Positions 51,511 through 60,883 of a DNA stretch of 64,000 bases are shown one piece after another (position 1 is the first letter of the stretch; the number at the start of each line of letters is the position of its first letter). The notes below the pieces were generated by a model. The model saw nothing but the letters and a program-made list of their open reading frames with translations. It had not been told where the DNA came from and searched no databases. The stretch covers positions 65,449 to 129,448 of the forward strand of contig CP065013.1 of NCBI GenBank assembly GCA_016700315.1, given 5' to 3'. The position numbers and the translations under genes are program-made. The stretch comes from Candidatus Saccharimonadota bacterium. Lineage in GTDB: Bacteria > Patescibacteriota > Saccharimonadia > Saccharimonadales > SZUA-47.

Positions 51511-53280
51511 TCAATACTCTTTGTGCAACTTTTGGCGGTTCCAAAGCTTGGCGTAAAGCCCGTTTTTCGTAAGCAAAGCTTCATGACTGCCTTCTTCTAT
51601 AATCCTACCTTTGTCAACCACTATGATGCGGTCCATGTGAGAAAGTGTACTCAAACGGTGGGCCACTACAATGGCTGTTTTACCCTTAAATATTTCAACA
51701 AATGAGTCCTTTATAATCTGCTCACTCTCACTATCGAGCGCGCTGGTGGCTTCGTCAAAAACGACAATTGGTGTATTTTGTAGTACAGCGCGCGCGATCG
51801 CTACACGCTGCTTCTGGCCGCCGCTAAGTTTTACTCCTCTCTCGCCAACTACACTTTGATAACCCAGTGGTAGCACGTCTATGAACTCTGCGGCGTGCGC
51901 AGCTTTAGCAGCCTTTTTGACTTTATCCACCGAGGCATCAGGCTGACCGATCAAGATATTGTTGAGAATTGTATCGTGAAAAAGTAGCGGTTCTTGAGCC
52001 ACGTAAGCAACTTGCGAGCGTAGATCTTTTTGGAGCAAACTCCGAACATCAAAGCCATCAATCAAAACACTGCCTTCTTGCACATCTTCAAAGCGCATGA
52101 GTAGCTTTGTTAGTGTACTTTTGCCAGCACCACTTATACCAACAACACCCAACTTTTCTCCACGCTTTATTTTGAGATTGAATTTATCAAAAACCTTCGC
52201 AGCACCAGGCTCATAGGCAAAAGTCACATCAGAGAAGTCAATATCTCCTTTTATCCGCCCTACTGTTGCCGGTTCCGCCGGGTCGGTAACTGTGCTTTTA
52301 TAAGAGTATACCTCAAGCGCTGGCAAAATTTTGTCTACATAATCATCATGTTCTTCTACTTTGTCCGACAATTCATAAATAGCTGTCATAATCGACAAGC
52401 TGTAAGCCGCCATCAACACAGCTTCGGCCACACCGATCGCCCCACTTTTCATTCGTGAAACGGTGAGAAGAAATGTCAACAGAAAGAACACAACCGTTAT
52501 ACCTTCACGTATTAGAGCTAGTTTGGCCTGCTTGATATAACGAGTTGTAAATAGTTTAGTTTCACGCTGCAACTTGACTTTCAAATCTTCCGACTTGGAG
52601 TCTTCCTGCGCTGTTGAACGTACCGCCAAGATATTAGAAATAGTGTCTGAAATGAAGCCAGAGCCTAGCCTGTATTGTTCACGTGACTCGCTACGTAGAC
52701 TAGATAAGGCATTAGAAGCCCAAAACAAGTAGACTATCTGAACGCCAGCAAGGATAGCGGTCGCCAAACCCAGTGGAATATCATAGTAAGCTATAACCCC
52801 CACCGGCATGACGATAGCCATGACGGCGTTGATATATTTATCTCGCAAACTCCTCTCAAGATTCAAGGTATTATCAGAAAATTGCCTGACAGAAGTCGTA
52901 AGGTAGCCTGCCATGTTGTCGTTAAAAAACTTCATGTCAGTCGACAGCAGTTTGGCGAAGTAGTCCTTTACGGCAGATGCATATATTCGGTTTTCGTCTC
53001 TCAGTGACAAAAACTTGGTTGCAGGGTTAAGAAGCCCAAGCAGTGCAGAAAAGATTGCATACATAAAGCTAAACTTAACTGCGGCCGCAAAATCATACCG
53101 CGACAAGTGATAGACAATGCGACTAACCATAATTGGGAGCATTATCAGTTTACAAACCCTACTCAACATCAAAGTCAGATACGAAGCACGGACTTTCCAA
53201 CTCTGACCATAAGTAGACCACAGCAAGCCGTAAACAAGCCGATAATCAGCTAGTGCTTTCTTTTTTCCCATTGAATTCAT
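51511..53280 (-). CDS. ABC exporter, fused permease/ATPase (MsbA-like type I exporter)
   Basis: 589 aa with a six-TM N-terminal half. It has Walker A GISGAGKST, signature LSGGQKQR and Walker B VVFDEATS. Confidence 0.85.
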   Translation of the reverse strand: MNSMGKKKALADYRLVYGLLWSTYGQSWKVRASYLTLMLSRVCKLIMLPIMVSRIVYHLSRYDFAAAVKFSFMYAIFSALLGLLNPATKFLSLRDENRIYASAVKDYFAKLLSTDMKFFNDNMAGYLTTSVRQFSDNTLNLERSLRDKYINAVMAIVMPVGVIAYYDIPLGLATAILAGVQIVYLFWASNALSSLRSESREQYRLGSGFISDTISNILAVRSTAQEDSKSEDLKVKLQRETKLFTTRYIKQAKLALIREGITVVFFLLTFLLTVSRMKSGAIGVAEAVLMAAYSLSIMTAIYELSDKVEEHDDYVDKILPALEVYSYKSTVTDPAEPATVGRIKGDIDFSDVTFAYEPGAAKVFDKFNLKIKRGEKLGVVGISGAGKSTLTKLLMRFEDVQEGSVLIDGFDVRSLLQKDLRSQVAYVAQEPLLFHDTILNNILIGQPDASVDKVKKAAKAAHAAEFIDVLPLGYQSVVGERGVKLSGGQKQRVAIARAVLQNTPIVVFDEATSALDSESEQIIKDSFVEIFKGKTAIVVAHRLSTLSHMDRIIVVDKGRIIEEGSHEALLTKNGLYAKLWNRQKLHKEY

Positions 53281-53355
53281 TATACTAAGATGACTGCATA
53301 AAAACTAACTCCTTGACTAAGAAGTTAGGCTCATGTATAGTTATTGTTAAGTTTT

Positions 53356-53694
53356 ATGAAAAAAGATATCCACCCGACCAATTATCAGTTTGTTGTTTTC
53401 GAAGATTTGAACGACGGCACGCGCTTTTTGACACGCGCATGTGTTGCCAGTGAGGAAACAACTAAATGGGAAGATGGCAACACCTACCCATTAGTTAAAG
53501 TGCACATTTCAAGCTCTTCTCACCCATTCTTCACTGGTCAAGAGAAGCTAATCGACATCGAAGGCCGCGTTGACAAGTTTGAAGCTCGCCGCAAAGCCGC
53601 CGAAGAAGCCCGCAAAGCCGCTGCCGCTCGTGTCAGCAAGGCAGATAAAAAAGCTGCGAAAGCCGAAAAAGACGAATCCAAGAAAATAGGTTAG
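53356..53694 (+). CDS. rpmE: 50S ribosomal protein L31 (type B, no CxxC) with a Lys/Ala-rich C-terminal extension
   Basis: First ATG at 53356. [21 protein letters not shown]...HPFFTG matches the L31 pattern. Confidence 0.85.
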   Translation: MKKDIHPTNYQFVVFEDLNDGTRFLTRACVASEETTKWEDGNTYPLVKVHISSSSHPFFTGQEKLIDIEGRVDKFEARRKAAEEARKAAAARVSKADKKAAKAEKDESKKIG

Positions 53695-53717
53695 AGGTTA
53701 TAGGTTAGAGGTTATAG
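53689..53717. repeat. heptamer tract ggttaga ggttata ggttaga ggttata overlapping the rpmE stop
   Basis: Read directly from the sequence. An inverted, imperfect copy lies inside prfA at 54318-54348. Confidence 0.85.
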
Positions 53718-53721
53718 ATAA

Positions 53722-54075
53722 ATGCCTATAACTTCTTACGAGCAACTTACCGTATGGCAAAAGTCTTTCGAACTAGTGAGACAAGTGTATGTTTTGACAG
53801 AAAAGCTGCCTAAACACGAGCAGTTTGGGTTATCTAACCAGATTCGACGTTGTGCAGTTTCGATACCAAGTAATATAGCTGAAGGACAACAAAGACATAG
53901 CCGAAAAGAGTATCTGCAGTTTCTGGCAATAGCAAGAGGCTCGGCTGCAGAACTGGATACCCAACTACTACTTATTGAGAGTATCTACGGTTTAGATTGC
54001 GAAAAAGAACTAAGCTTACTAGACGAAGTACAAAGAATGCTTACTGTATTAACAAATAAACTTAGCGCTTTATAA
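53722..54075 (+). CDS. four-helix-bundle protein (23S rRNA intervening-sequence protein / Avd-like family)
   Basis: 117 aa. [70 protein letters not shown] is the family signature. Confidence 0.8.
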   Translation: MPITSYEQLTVWQKSFELVRQVYVLTEKLPKHEQFGLSNQIRRCAVSIPSNIAEGQQRHSRKEYLQFLAIARGSAAELDTQLLLIESIYGLDCEKELSLLDEVQRMLTVLTNKLSAL

Positions 54076-54082
54076 TATACTT

Positions 54083-55135
54083 ATGGATAAACACGGCAAA
54101 CTAAAAGAAGAACTATCGCAAATCGACTTACAATTAAGCGATAGCTCTATATACTCGTCGCCTAAATACCCTGCACTCGCTAGAAGAAAAAGTGAAATAG
54201 AGAAGCTAAATGAGCTTTTTGAGCAACAAGCGAAACTATCTAGAGATCTCAAAGAAGCTGAAGTATTAGCAAATGGTACTGATGAACTTGCCGAACTAGC
54301 TAAGGAAGAAGTTAAATCTATAACCTCTAACCTCTCCACTATAACCTCGAGTCTGGAGGAGGCTTTGCTTCCCAAAGACCCGAATGATAACAAAGACTGC
54401 ATTATTGAAATTCGGGCTGGCGCTGGTGGTGACGAGTCAAGCCTTTTCGGAGCTGAGCTATACAAAATGTATGCACGCTACGCCGAGACTCACTCCCTCA
54501 AAATCGAGCTTTTAAGCGAAAGCCCAAGTGAAGTCGGCGGTTTCAAAGAAATAATCTTTGCCGTCCGCGGCGACAGCGCATATGGCCTGCTCAAATATGA
54601 GGCCGGCGTGCACCGTGTACAACGCGTCCCTGCTACAGAAAGTCAGGGCCGGATTCATACCTCGACTGTCACTGTTGCCGTACTGCCTGAAGCCGAAGAA
54701 ACAGACATCGAAATCAGCCCGAACGACCTGCGCATAGATGTCTACCGCAGTAGTGGTAATGGCGGCCAAAGCGTCAACACTACCGACTCGGCGGTACGTA
54801 TTACTCATTTACCAAGTGGAGTGGTTGTAACCTGCCAAGATGAAAAGTCCCAGATCAAAAACAAGCTAAAAGCTATGGGCGTGCTCCGCTCGCGCCTACT
54901 TCAGGCCAAAATTGACGCTGAAAACGCTAAGCTCAGCGCTGAACGGAAAGCGCTCATTGGCTCTGGCGATCGTAGCGAAAAAATCCGCACCTACAACTTC
55001 CCTCAAGACCGCATTACTGACCACCGAATTGGCTACTCGCGCTCTAACATCCCAGCAGCACTTGCTGGGCAGATCGAAGACCTCTTTGAAGAGCTCAAAA
55101 AAGCCGAACTCTCCTTGCTAAAAACCGAAGTTTAA
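54083..55135 (+). CDS. prfA: peptide chain release factor 1
   Basis: 350 aa with the PAT tripeptide ([17 protein letters not shown]) and the GGQ motif ([22 protein letters not shown]). Confidence 0.9.
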   Translation: MDKHGKLKEELSQIDLQLSDSSIYSSPKYPALARRKSEIEKLNELFEQQAKLSRDLKEAEVLANGTDELAELAKEEVKSITSNLSTITSSLEEALLPKDPNDNKDCIIEIRAGAGGDESSLFGAELYKMYARYAETHSLKIELLSESPSEVGGFKEIIFAVRGDSAYGLLKYEAGVHRVQRVPATESQGRIHTSTVTVAVLPEAEETDIEISPNDLRIDVYRSSGNGGQSVNTTDSAVRITHLPSGVVVTCQDEKSQIKNKLKAMGVLRSRLLQAKIDAENAKLSAERKALIGSGDRSEKIRTYNFPQDRITDHRIGYSRSNIPAALAGQIEDLFEELKKAELSLLKTEV

Positions 55136-55242
55136 ACGTTTTAGAACTTGTCTCATGTGTTACTTATACGATGTAACATCGTAGTTTTTGCGAATATTTA
55201 CAACATAGCAACTGAGATTAGATACCTAGTCAGTAAGACAGC

Positions 55243-55269
55243 AAAAAAAAGCACCTATCATAAAGGTGC
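55243..55269 (-). terminator. Rho-independent terminator (minus strand)
   Basis: On the minus strand the stem is gcacct / ttatgat / aggtgc, followed by tttttttt (+ strand A-run at 55243-55250). Confidence 0.6.
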
Positions 55270-55358
55270 CTCCAAAAAATCACCTGTACTTAAACAAATG
55301 TTTATTAGATTGTACTACTTAGCCAGTACTACCAGTTTGCGTTTCTGTACGGTCCCAT
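55243..55358 (-). ncRNA. candidate small RNA in the prfA-prmC spacer
   Basis: Minus-strand promoter-like TTGAAT (55392-55387), a 16-nt spacer, then TATCAT (55370-65). About 115 nt further on is the terminator above. The only ORF inside is 8 codons. Confidence 0.3.
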
Positions 55359-55443
55359 GCATTTATGATATCAACCTAGCTGATATATTCAAAATTGTAT
55401 ACCATTTTTAGTTAGTTTGGCCGTTGTTGAGTACAATACTTCT

Positions 55444-56292
55444 ATGACTATTAAAAGATGGATTTTAGATAGTACTCTATTATTAAGCCCCTACTCCGCT
55501 ACCGCAAGATTAGACTGCGAGGTATTGCTAGCGCACGTTTTAGACAAAGATAGAGTTTGGCTGCTGGCTCACCCAGAGCACGTTCTTCAAGGACAGTCCC
55601 TGAAAAGAGTAGATCGGTATTTGCAGCGCCGTAAATCTCAGGAACCGATCGCTTACATAATCGGCCACAGTGAATTTTATGGGCGTGAGTTTGAGGTTTC
55701 GGCTGATACTCTGCAGCCGCGCCCGGAAACAGAGACCATGGTTGAGCTTCTTCTCGACACAATAAACAGTAAACAGTTGTCGGTAAACAGTATTGTTGAT
55801 GTTGGCACTGGATCTGGCGCAATTATTATCTCTGCATTCCTAGAGCTCTCTATCAACCATAAACTATCAACTATCAACTTCCATGCTACCGACATCAGCC
55901 CAGCTGCTTTAGAAATCGCCCGTCAAAACGCTAAGAGGTACGATGCTGATATCAAATTCTATCAAGGAGATTTACTAGGTCCCCTACTATCTACTATCTA
56001 CCATCTACCATCTGCCATAATTCTGGCTAATCTGCCCTATGTGCCAGACAGCCACACAATCAATCAAGCCGCCATGCACGAACCAAAACACGCTATTTTC
56101 GGCGGCACTGATGGCCTCGATTTGTATAGAACTATGTTCGACCAACTATCAACTATCAACTATCAACTATCAACTATCCTGTTTACAGAATCTTTACCTC
56201 CGCAGCATAAAGAATTAGCTCGGATTGCCGAACAAGCTGGCTTCAAGCAAATTGCCGAACAAGACTTTATCCAAGTTTTCGAAAAAAAGTAA
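55444..56292 (+). CDS. prmC: release-factor glutamine methyltransferase PrmC-like, with heptamer-encoded segments and NLPY in place of NPPY
   Basis: EPIAYIIGHSEFYGREFEV, LQPRPETE and motif I VDVGTGSGAI are present. Motif IV reads ANLPYV. I start at the ATG at 55444; the track starts at a TTG, 55417. Confidence 0.7.
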   Translation: MTIKRWILDSTLLLSPYSATARLDCEVLLAHVLDKDRVWLLAHPEHVLQGQSLKRVDRYLQRRKSQEPIAYIIGHSEFYGREFEVSADTLQPRPETETMVELLLDTINSKQLSVNSIVDVGTGSGAIIISAFLELSINHKLSTINFHATDISPAALEIARQNAKRYDADIKFYQGDLLGPLLSTIYHLPSAIILANLPYVPDSHTINQAAMHEPKHAIFGGTDGLDLYRTMFDQLSTINYQLSTILFTESLPPQHKELARIAEQAGFKQIAEQDFIQVFEKK

Positions 56293-56316
56293 TACTTTTT
56301 GTGTATAATTGCAATA

Positions 56317-56919
56317 ATGAATGTCGGGATTAGTAAAACTCAACGTACTGAGCTGGACACGATGTCTAGCCCAGAAGTATTAGGCAGATATTTTGAAAGT
56401 CTTCAGCAAGTAGCACGGCAAGGAGAAGCCATACGCGAAGAGGTAACAGACGGAGAAATCGAAGGAGCGTACACAGCTGGGTGGTCTTTAGGCAATCTAC
56501 GCTTTATTGAGGGCAAAGACCCTATCGAATCGGCCGATTTAGACCCAGTTACTATAACTAATGCCAAGTTTTTCAGAGCTCAGACTAGACTAGAAAGTTA
56601 TATTAACAACCGTTTTTTGGGCAGTATGGTGCAAGTAATACCACTCGATCAAGAAATTGTAGCAGCAAGAGCACCCTGGGGGACACTGTCTGTTGTGCCA
56701 CACTTTCTGAGGGGTGGTGAGACGAGACTTAATCATGCAAGATTACTAGCATTTGGGACTTCATCAAATGGCCGAACGGTGTTGTCTGTTGTAACAAGAC
56801 GAGGCTTACCTTCTATTACCCACTATATGAACATCGTTGGACCTGACGGTCCCAAAATCAGCATTAGTGTTAGAGATGACAAAAAACGCATGTCAGCAAA
56901 ATCTATATCCAGACTTTAG
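56317..56919 (+). CDS. hypothetical protein
   Basis: First ATG at 56317, with TATAAT at 56304-56309 just upstream. No recognised domain. Confidence 0.45.
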   Translation: MNVGISKTQRTELDTMSSPEVLGRYFESLQQVARQGEAIREEVTDGEIEGAYTAGWSLGNLRFIEGKDPIESADLDPVTITNAKFFRAQTRLESYINNRFLGSMVQVIPLDQEIVAARAPWGTLSVVPHFLRGGETRLNHARLLAFGTSSNGRTVLSVVTRRGLPSITHYMNIVGPDGPKISISVRDDKKRMSAKSISRL

Positions 56920-57010
56920 TATGTAACTTACTGAAACTTAGCCCCCTTCTTCGAACTCCTGAGGAGTTGAGTGCCAAATAGACAATCAGAATGATGGGAG
57001 TGTTTTAATA

Positions 57011-57035
57011 CCCCACGAAATATCATTTCGTGGGG
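57011..57035. terminator. 11-bp stem hairpin in a convergent intergenic region
   Basis: ccccacgaaat / atc / atttcgtgggg. It lies between the 3' ends of 56317..56919 (+) and htrA (-). There is no strong U-tract. Confidence 0.45.
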
Positions 57036-57237
57036 GCCACTATTAAAGCTTAATCAAGAAAAATATTATTGTGTATTTTTCTTGTCAAGCAAGTTGCCCG
57101 AATATTGTCTTATTTGACTACGAAAGCATCAAGAGTTTGAAGCGGGGGTCGTTTCTTTCGTCTATTTCTTTGCGACAAAAGAAATGGACTCGACAAAGCC
57201 AGGCGAAGCCGGGTGGCGAAACAAGGTGAAAAAGTGA

Positions 57238-58410
57238 CTAATTGCTTGGGGCGGCTTCGAGAGTAACAGTAATAGTTTGCTCTTTGCCGTCTCGTAAAAT
57301 TGTCAGATCAACTTTGTCGCCGACTGATTTACTGCCCAAAATACTCACCAGACTCCTCTTGGGAGTAATTGCTTCACCTGCAATTTTGGTGATGATGTCT
57401 TTTTCTTGAAGGCCTGCTTTTTCTGCGGGGCTGCCCGACACAATCGAGGCTGAGTTTCGGCTCGGAATAATGTAAGCACCCTCCTGAACGGGTAAATTAT
57501 ATGTGTAGGCCAGATCTGCGGTGATCGAAGCGTAGCGCACACCAAGATACGGCCGCTCAAGCTTACCCTTATCGAGAACTGTTTTAATCAACGGCTGAAT
57601 ATCATCAATCGGAATTGCGAACCCTATATTCTCTGCCCCGCCGCCGGCAACAGCGGTATTGATCCCAATAACTTCACCTTTTAGATTAACCAAAGGCCCG
57701 CCAGAGTTGCCCTGATTGATAGATGCATCTGTCTGAAAAAGATTTAGTAAGGTTTCGGTCTGTGCGCTGCCACTGCTATCGCCAGCCTGGATAGAGCGTC
57801 CAAAACCCGAAATAATGCCGCTAGTAACCGTGTTCTGAAATTGGCCGAGAGCGTTACCGATTGCTACCACACGGTCGCCAACTTTTACATCGGCTGATTT
57901 GCCTAGAGCCGCCGGCTTCAGCTCTTTACCTTTGGCATCTTTGATCTTCAGAAACGCTACGTCCAGAGGATCGGTTGCATTGGTTCTGCCCAAGACTTCA
58001 ACCTGATCTAGTTCGGTTCCATCTGACAAAGTAATGCTGACCTTATCGTTAGCATTAGGTACCACATGACGGTTAGTGATGACCACACCTTCTTTGGTTA
58101 GGATAAGGCCGGTGCCCGCACTCTCCTGCTCAAAACTCTGAGTTCCAAAAAAGACACTGTTTTGAGTAGCGGTACCAGTCACATTGATAGAGACGACGCT
58201 ATCACCCATATTTTTACTAATCTGACTGATAAGGTCGCCTTCGCTATTGATGACTTCTCGTTGCACCTGGGTGTTGCTTGCCTGCTGGACTTTAGTGTTA
58301 TTAGCTAACAGTCCGCCGCCAAAACCAGCCAGTACAGCTAGCGCTAGCATTCCGAATCGTGATATTTCTAATGTTTTTTTTGATGAAGATAAGCTCTGCT
58401 CTGGTTTCAT
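57238..58410 (-). CDS. htrA: HtrA/DegP family serine protease with PDZ domain
   Basis: 390 aa with an N-terminal TM anchor, the catalytic GNSGGPLVN and a C-terminal PDZ domain (GSPAEKAGLQEKDIITKI). Confidence 0.85.
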   Translation of the reverse strand: MKPEQSLSSSKKTLEISRFGMLALAVLAGFGGGLLANNTKVQQASNTQVQREVINSEGDLISQISKNMGDSVVSINVTGTATQNSVFFGTQSFEQESAGTGLILTKEGVVITNRHVVPNANDKVSITLSDGTELDQVEVLGRTNATDPLDVAFLKIKDAKGKELKPAALGKSADVKVGDRVVAIGNALGQFQNTVTSGIISGFGRSIQAGDSSGSAQTETLLNLFQTDASINQGNSGGPLVNLKGEVIGINTAVAGGGAENIGFAIPIDDIQPLIKTVLDKGKLERPYLGVRYASITADLAYTYNLPVQEGAYIIPSRNSASIVSGSPAEKAGLQEKDIITKIAGEAITPKRSLVSILGSKSVGDKVDLTILRDGKEQTITVTLEAAPSN

Positions 58411-58446
58411 TATTGCCTTTCTGCTTTTTTACCCATATTTTTAGCT

Positions 58447-59199
58447 TCAAAGTACTATGTTGTCGGAGCGACCTGAAAACATAATTATTACAAAAGCCAA
58501 TGCGCATATTGTAATCACAACTTGCCTTAAAACATGCTTAGAAAGTGCTGACTTGTGATCCAGATAGTATAGTGTGGCCGTACCATAGCCCATCACTGAG
58601 ATTAGTAAGACTGGCTGAGCGATGGTGCCAAAATAAATCAGCCAATGTGTCGACAACCAGACAATCGCAGCCGTCACGTAACCCCAAGTATATGCAATCA
58701 TTCGCGACATGTTCTCGTCAAACGAGCTCAAAAAATGCCTAGCTGCAAGAACGCAAATTAGAGCAGTAGCCGCAACCAAAAACAGCACACTGTGTTCACC
58801 CCAAATATGAAAAACTGTATAAAGTGAAATGGTTTGGCCGATCAGTGCCTGCATTGATACCCAGACCAGACTAGAGCGCGGTTTAATAACTACTAACCAT
58901 ATGACGTAGAGCGCCGCCAGTAACAAATGGGACAACATGGAGTTGGTTGATGACATCAAAAGTACTACCGATAGCCCAACAGAGATATCTATTGAGTTAC
59001 TTCTAAGGTGCGCTGGCCAATAGCGTGCTCGAACTGCAAATATTCGCCACTTGCTTAATAAGATAACTGCTACCGAGAGCTCGGTAAAGCCGACACGAGC
59101 CAAAATATATAGTATTGCTGGTAGCAAAATCAATCCAACGCTATGAACTAGACGTCCAAAACCCCTTTGAGGTTTAATTAGCCTGCCGATTTGCTTCAT
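58447..59199 (-). CDS. hypothetical polytopic membrane protein
   Basis: 250 aa with about 7 hydrophobic helices. Its start overlaps the 3' end of the LCP gene by 26 nt. Confidence 0.5.
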   Translation of the reverse strand: MKQIGRLIKPQRGFGRLVHSVGLILLPAILYILARVGFTELSVAVILLSKWRIFAVRARYWPAHLRSNSIDISVGLSVVLLMSSTNSMLSHLLLAALYVIWLVVIKPRSSLVWVSMQALIGQTISLYTVFHIWGEHSVLFLVAATALICVLAARHFLSSFDENMSRMIAYTWGYVTAAIVWLSTHWLIYFGTIAQPVLLISVMGYGTATLYYLDHKSALSKHVLRQVVITICALAFVIIMFSGRSDNIVL

Positions 59200-60796
59200 T
59201 CTTACCGATTATTATAACAAAATCTGCATCCAGAGGGTTAATGTTTGGATCAGTCAGGTCTGTCCGACCCACTACCTGCATACGTCTTTCCAAGTAGCTT
59301 AGAGTATACTTCATAGCGCCGTTTGTACGGTCGATGACAAAGTTATTGACATAATCCTGGGTTGGCGCATTGCCAACACTAAGCACATTGTAGCCGTAAG
59401 ATTTTAATTCTGTAGCCGTTTTACTCGCCAAGCCGACTGTTGTCGTACCATTTAAAATGAGTATTTTAGCGTTTTCATTCTTTAGGTATGCATCTTTGAG
59501 AGCATTGTTTCGGACATAACTTTGAATTTGACTGTAATCAAAGGTCCCGGCTTTAGGATAGACAACGGATTGGTCGCCTACTATGCCCGTTGTTAGCAGG
59601 ACGTTTGGTTCGTCAACTAAACTGACTGATGCGATCTTGTCTGAGCTAATCTGTTTAGCAATTTCATACATCCGGCCTATCTCGTCAGTACCTATATCGG
59701 TACGCACATTACCGCTGAATGTTGCCAGCAATTGTTGCAGCTTATAAGGGTTTGAGTAGGTCCCGCTGCTTAATATTTTATCTTTTAGGGCGATTAGAAT
59801 CTCGCGCTGACGCTCCGAACGACCAAAATCAGAGCGAGCATCGCAATGGCGACAACGAGCATATCCAAGCGCACGCAAACCGTTAAACTGTTGCTGCCCG
59901 GTACCGACGTTCAGAAAATAAGGTTTGCCGTTTAGTAGCATCTGTTCGCTGACAGCCTGCTTAACGTCAATTGTTATGCCGCCAACGGTGTCTATAGCTT
60001 TTTGGAAAGCAGTAAAATCTACCATAACATGGTAATGAATCGGCACTCCAAGTACCGCTTCGACACGATTAGAAATAGCCTCAGTTCCGGCTTGCTCGGC
60101 TGCCTCTTTATCTTTAGGATTATTATTTAGTGCCCGTTCTTTAGCGAAGGCGTATACTGCATTAATTTTGGTCGCGGAACCGTTGTCTTTAACCCAAAGA
60201 TCGCGAGGAAGACTCAAAATAGCTGCTTCATTCTGGACAGGGTCAATACTGGCCAACAGAATCGTGTCTGTCAGATCGGGGCCATCCTCTTGCGTCGGCC
60301 CTCCTTTGCCTAGAATCAAAACATTTACGCGGCCATCGCCCTCGCCCTTAAGCCTTGCAGGGTCGGGATTTTTCTGAAGGGCTACAGCACCTTCTGCATT
60401 ACCACGAAAAACATTTTTCACTTTGAAATAAACATAGCCTAAGCCGCCACCTGCTAGAAGTATTAATACCAAAAAACTGACCATTGCCCGCTTTAAAGTA
60501 AATCGCCGTTTTCTTTTGACCAGTTGTTCTTTTTTGTTGCGACGAAAAAGCCGCTTTTTAGGACGCGGCTCTTTAAAATTTTCTAGCGGAATGTTTTCAT
60601 CGAAGCTGGAGGCATTTTGCTTCTGATTATTGGTTAAAAAGCCCTCCGTACGATCAAACGAAGGATCAGAACTAGAACGATCCTTAAGGTAGCTGCGATT
60701 AAAACGCTTCGTCGGCTGACGATTTGCAGAACTAAAGCCGTCAATTGACCCAGAAGCTACGCGACCAGGCCGTTTTTTTGGTCTGAAATTATCCAT
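59174..60796 (-). CDS. LytR-CpsA-Psr (LCP) family cell-wall glycopolymer transferase with a LytR_C-like C-terminus
   Basis: 540 aa with a basic disordered N-terminus and one TM helix. The LCP core reads VNVLILGKGG...TDTILLASIDP...SLPRDLWV. Confidence 0.8.
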   Translation of the reverse strand: MDNFRPKKRPGRVASGSIDGFSSANRQPTKRFNRSYLKDRSSSDPSFDRTEGFLTNNQKQNASSFDENIPLENFKEPRPKKRLFRRNKKEQLVKRKRRFTLKRAMVSFLVLILLAGGGLGYVYFKVKNVFRGNAEGAVALQKNPDPARLKGEGDGRVNVLILGKGGPTQEDGPDLTDTILLASIDPVQNEAAILSLPRDLWVKDNGSATKINAVYAFAKERALNNNPKDKEAAEQAGTEAISNRVEAVLGVPIHYHVMVDFTAFQKAIDTVGGITIDVKQAVSEQMLLNGKPYFLNVGTGQQQFNGLRALGYARCRHCDARSDFGRSERQREILIALKDKILSSGTYSNPYKLQQLLATFSGNVRTDIGTDEIGRMYEIAKQISSDKIASVSLVDEPNVLLTTGIVGDQSVVYPKAGTFDYSQIQSYVRNNALKDAYLKNENAKILILNGTTTVGLASKTATELKSYGYNVLSVGNAPTQDYVNNFVIDRTNGAMKYTLSYLERRMQVVGRTDLTDPNINPLDADFVIIIGKNEANRQAN

Positions 60797-60883
60797 TTAT
60801 GTAAGTAATATTATAGCTGTTTTAAGCTAACGAAACCAAATTATTTCCGTTTATCAGAGTCTTTGGAGTATAGTAATAAGTCA

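Noticed and set aside
53722-54075. A diversity-generating retroelement, suggested by an Avd-like four-helix-bundle gene plus a protein with variable repeats at 61608..63374.
   Set aside because: No reverse transcriptase ORF and no template/variable repeat pair is visible in the window. The two loci are about 7.5 kb apart. The repeat differences (C/A, A/T and T/G changes on the coding strand) are not adenine-specific as DGR mutagenesis would predict.
55148-55411. The 87-aa + strand ORF in the prfA-prmC gap as a real gene.
   Set aside because: Its translation is AT-rich and low-complexity with no start context. It overlaps a clean minus-strand terminator and promoter-like boxes, so it is better explained as non-coding.
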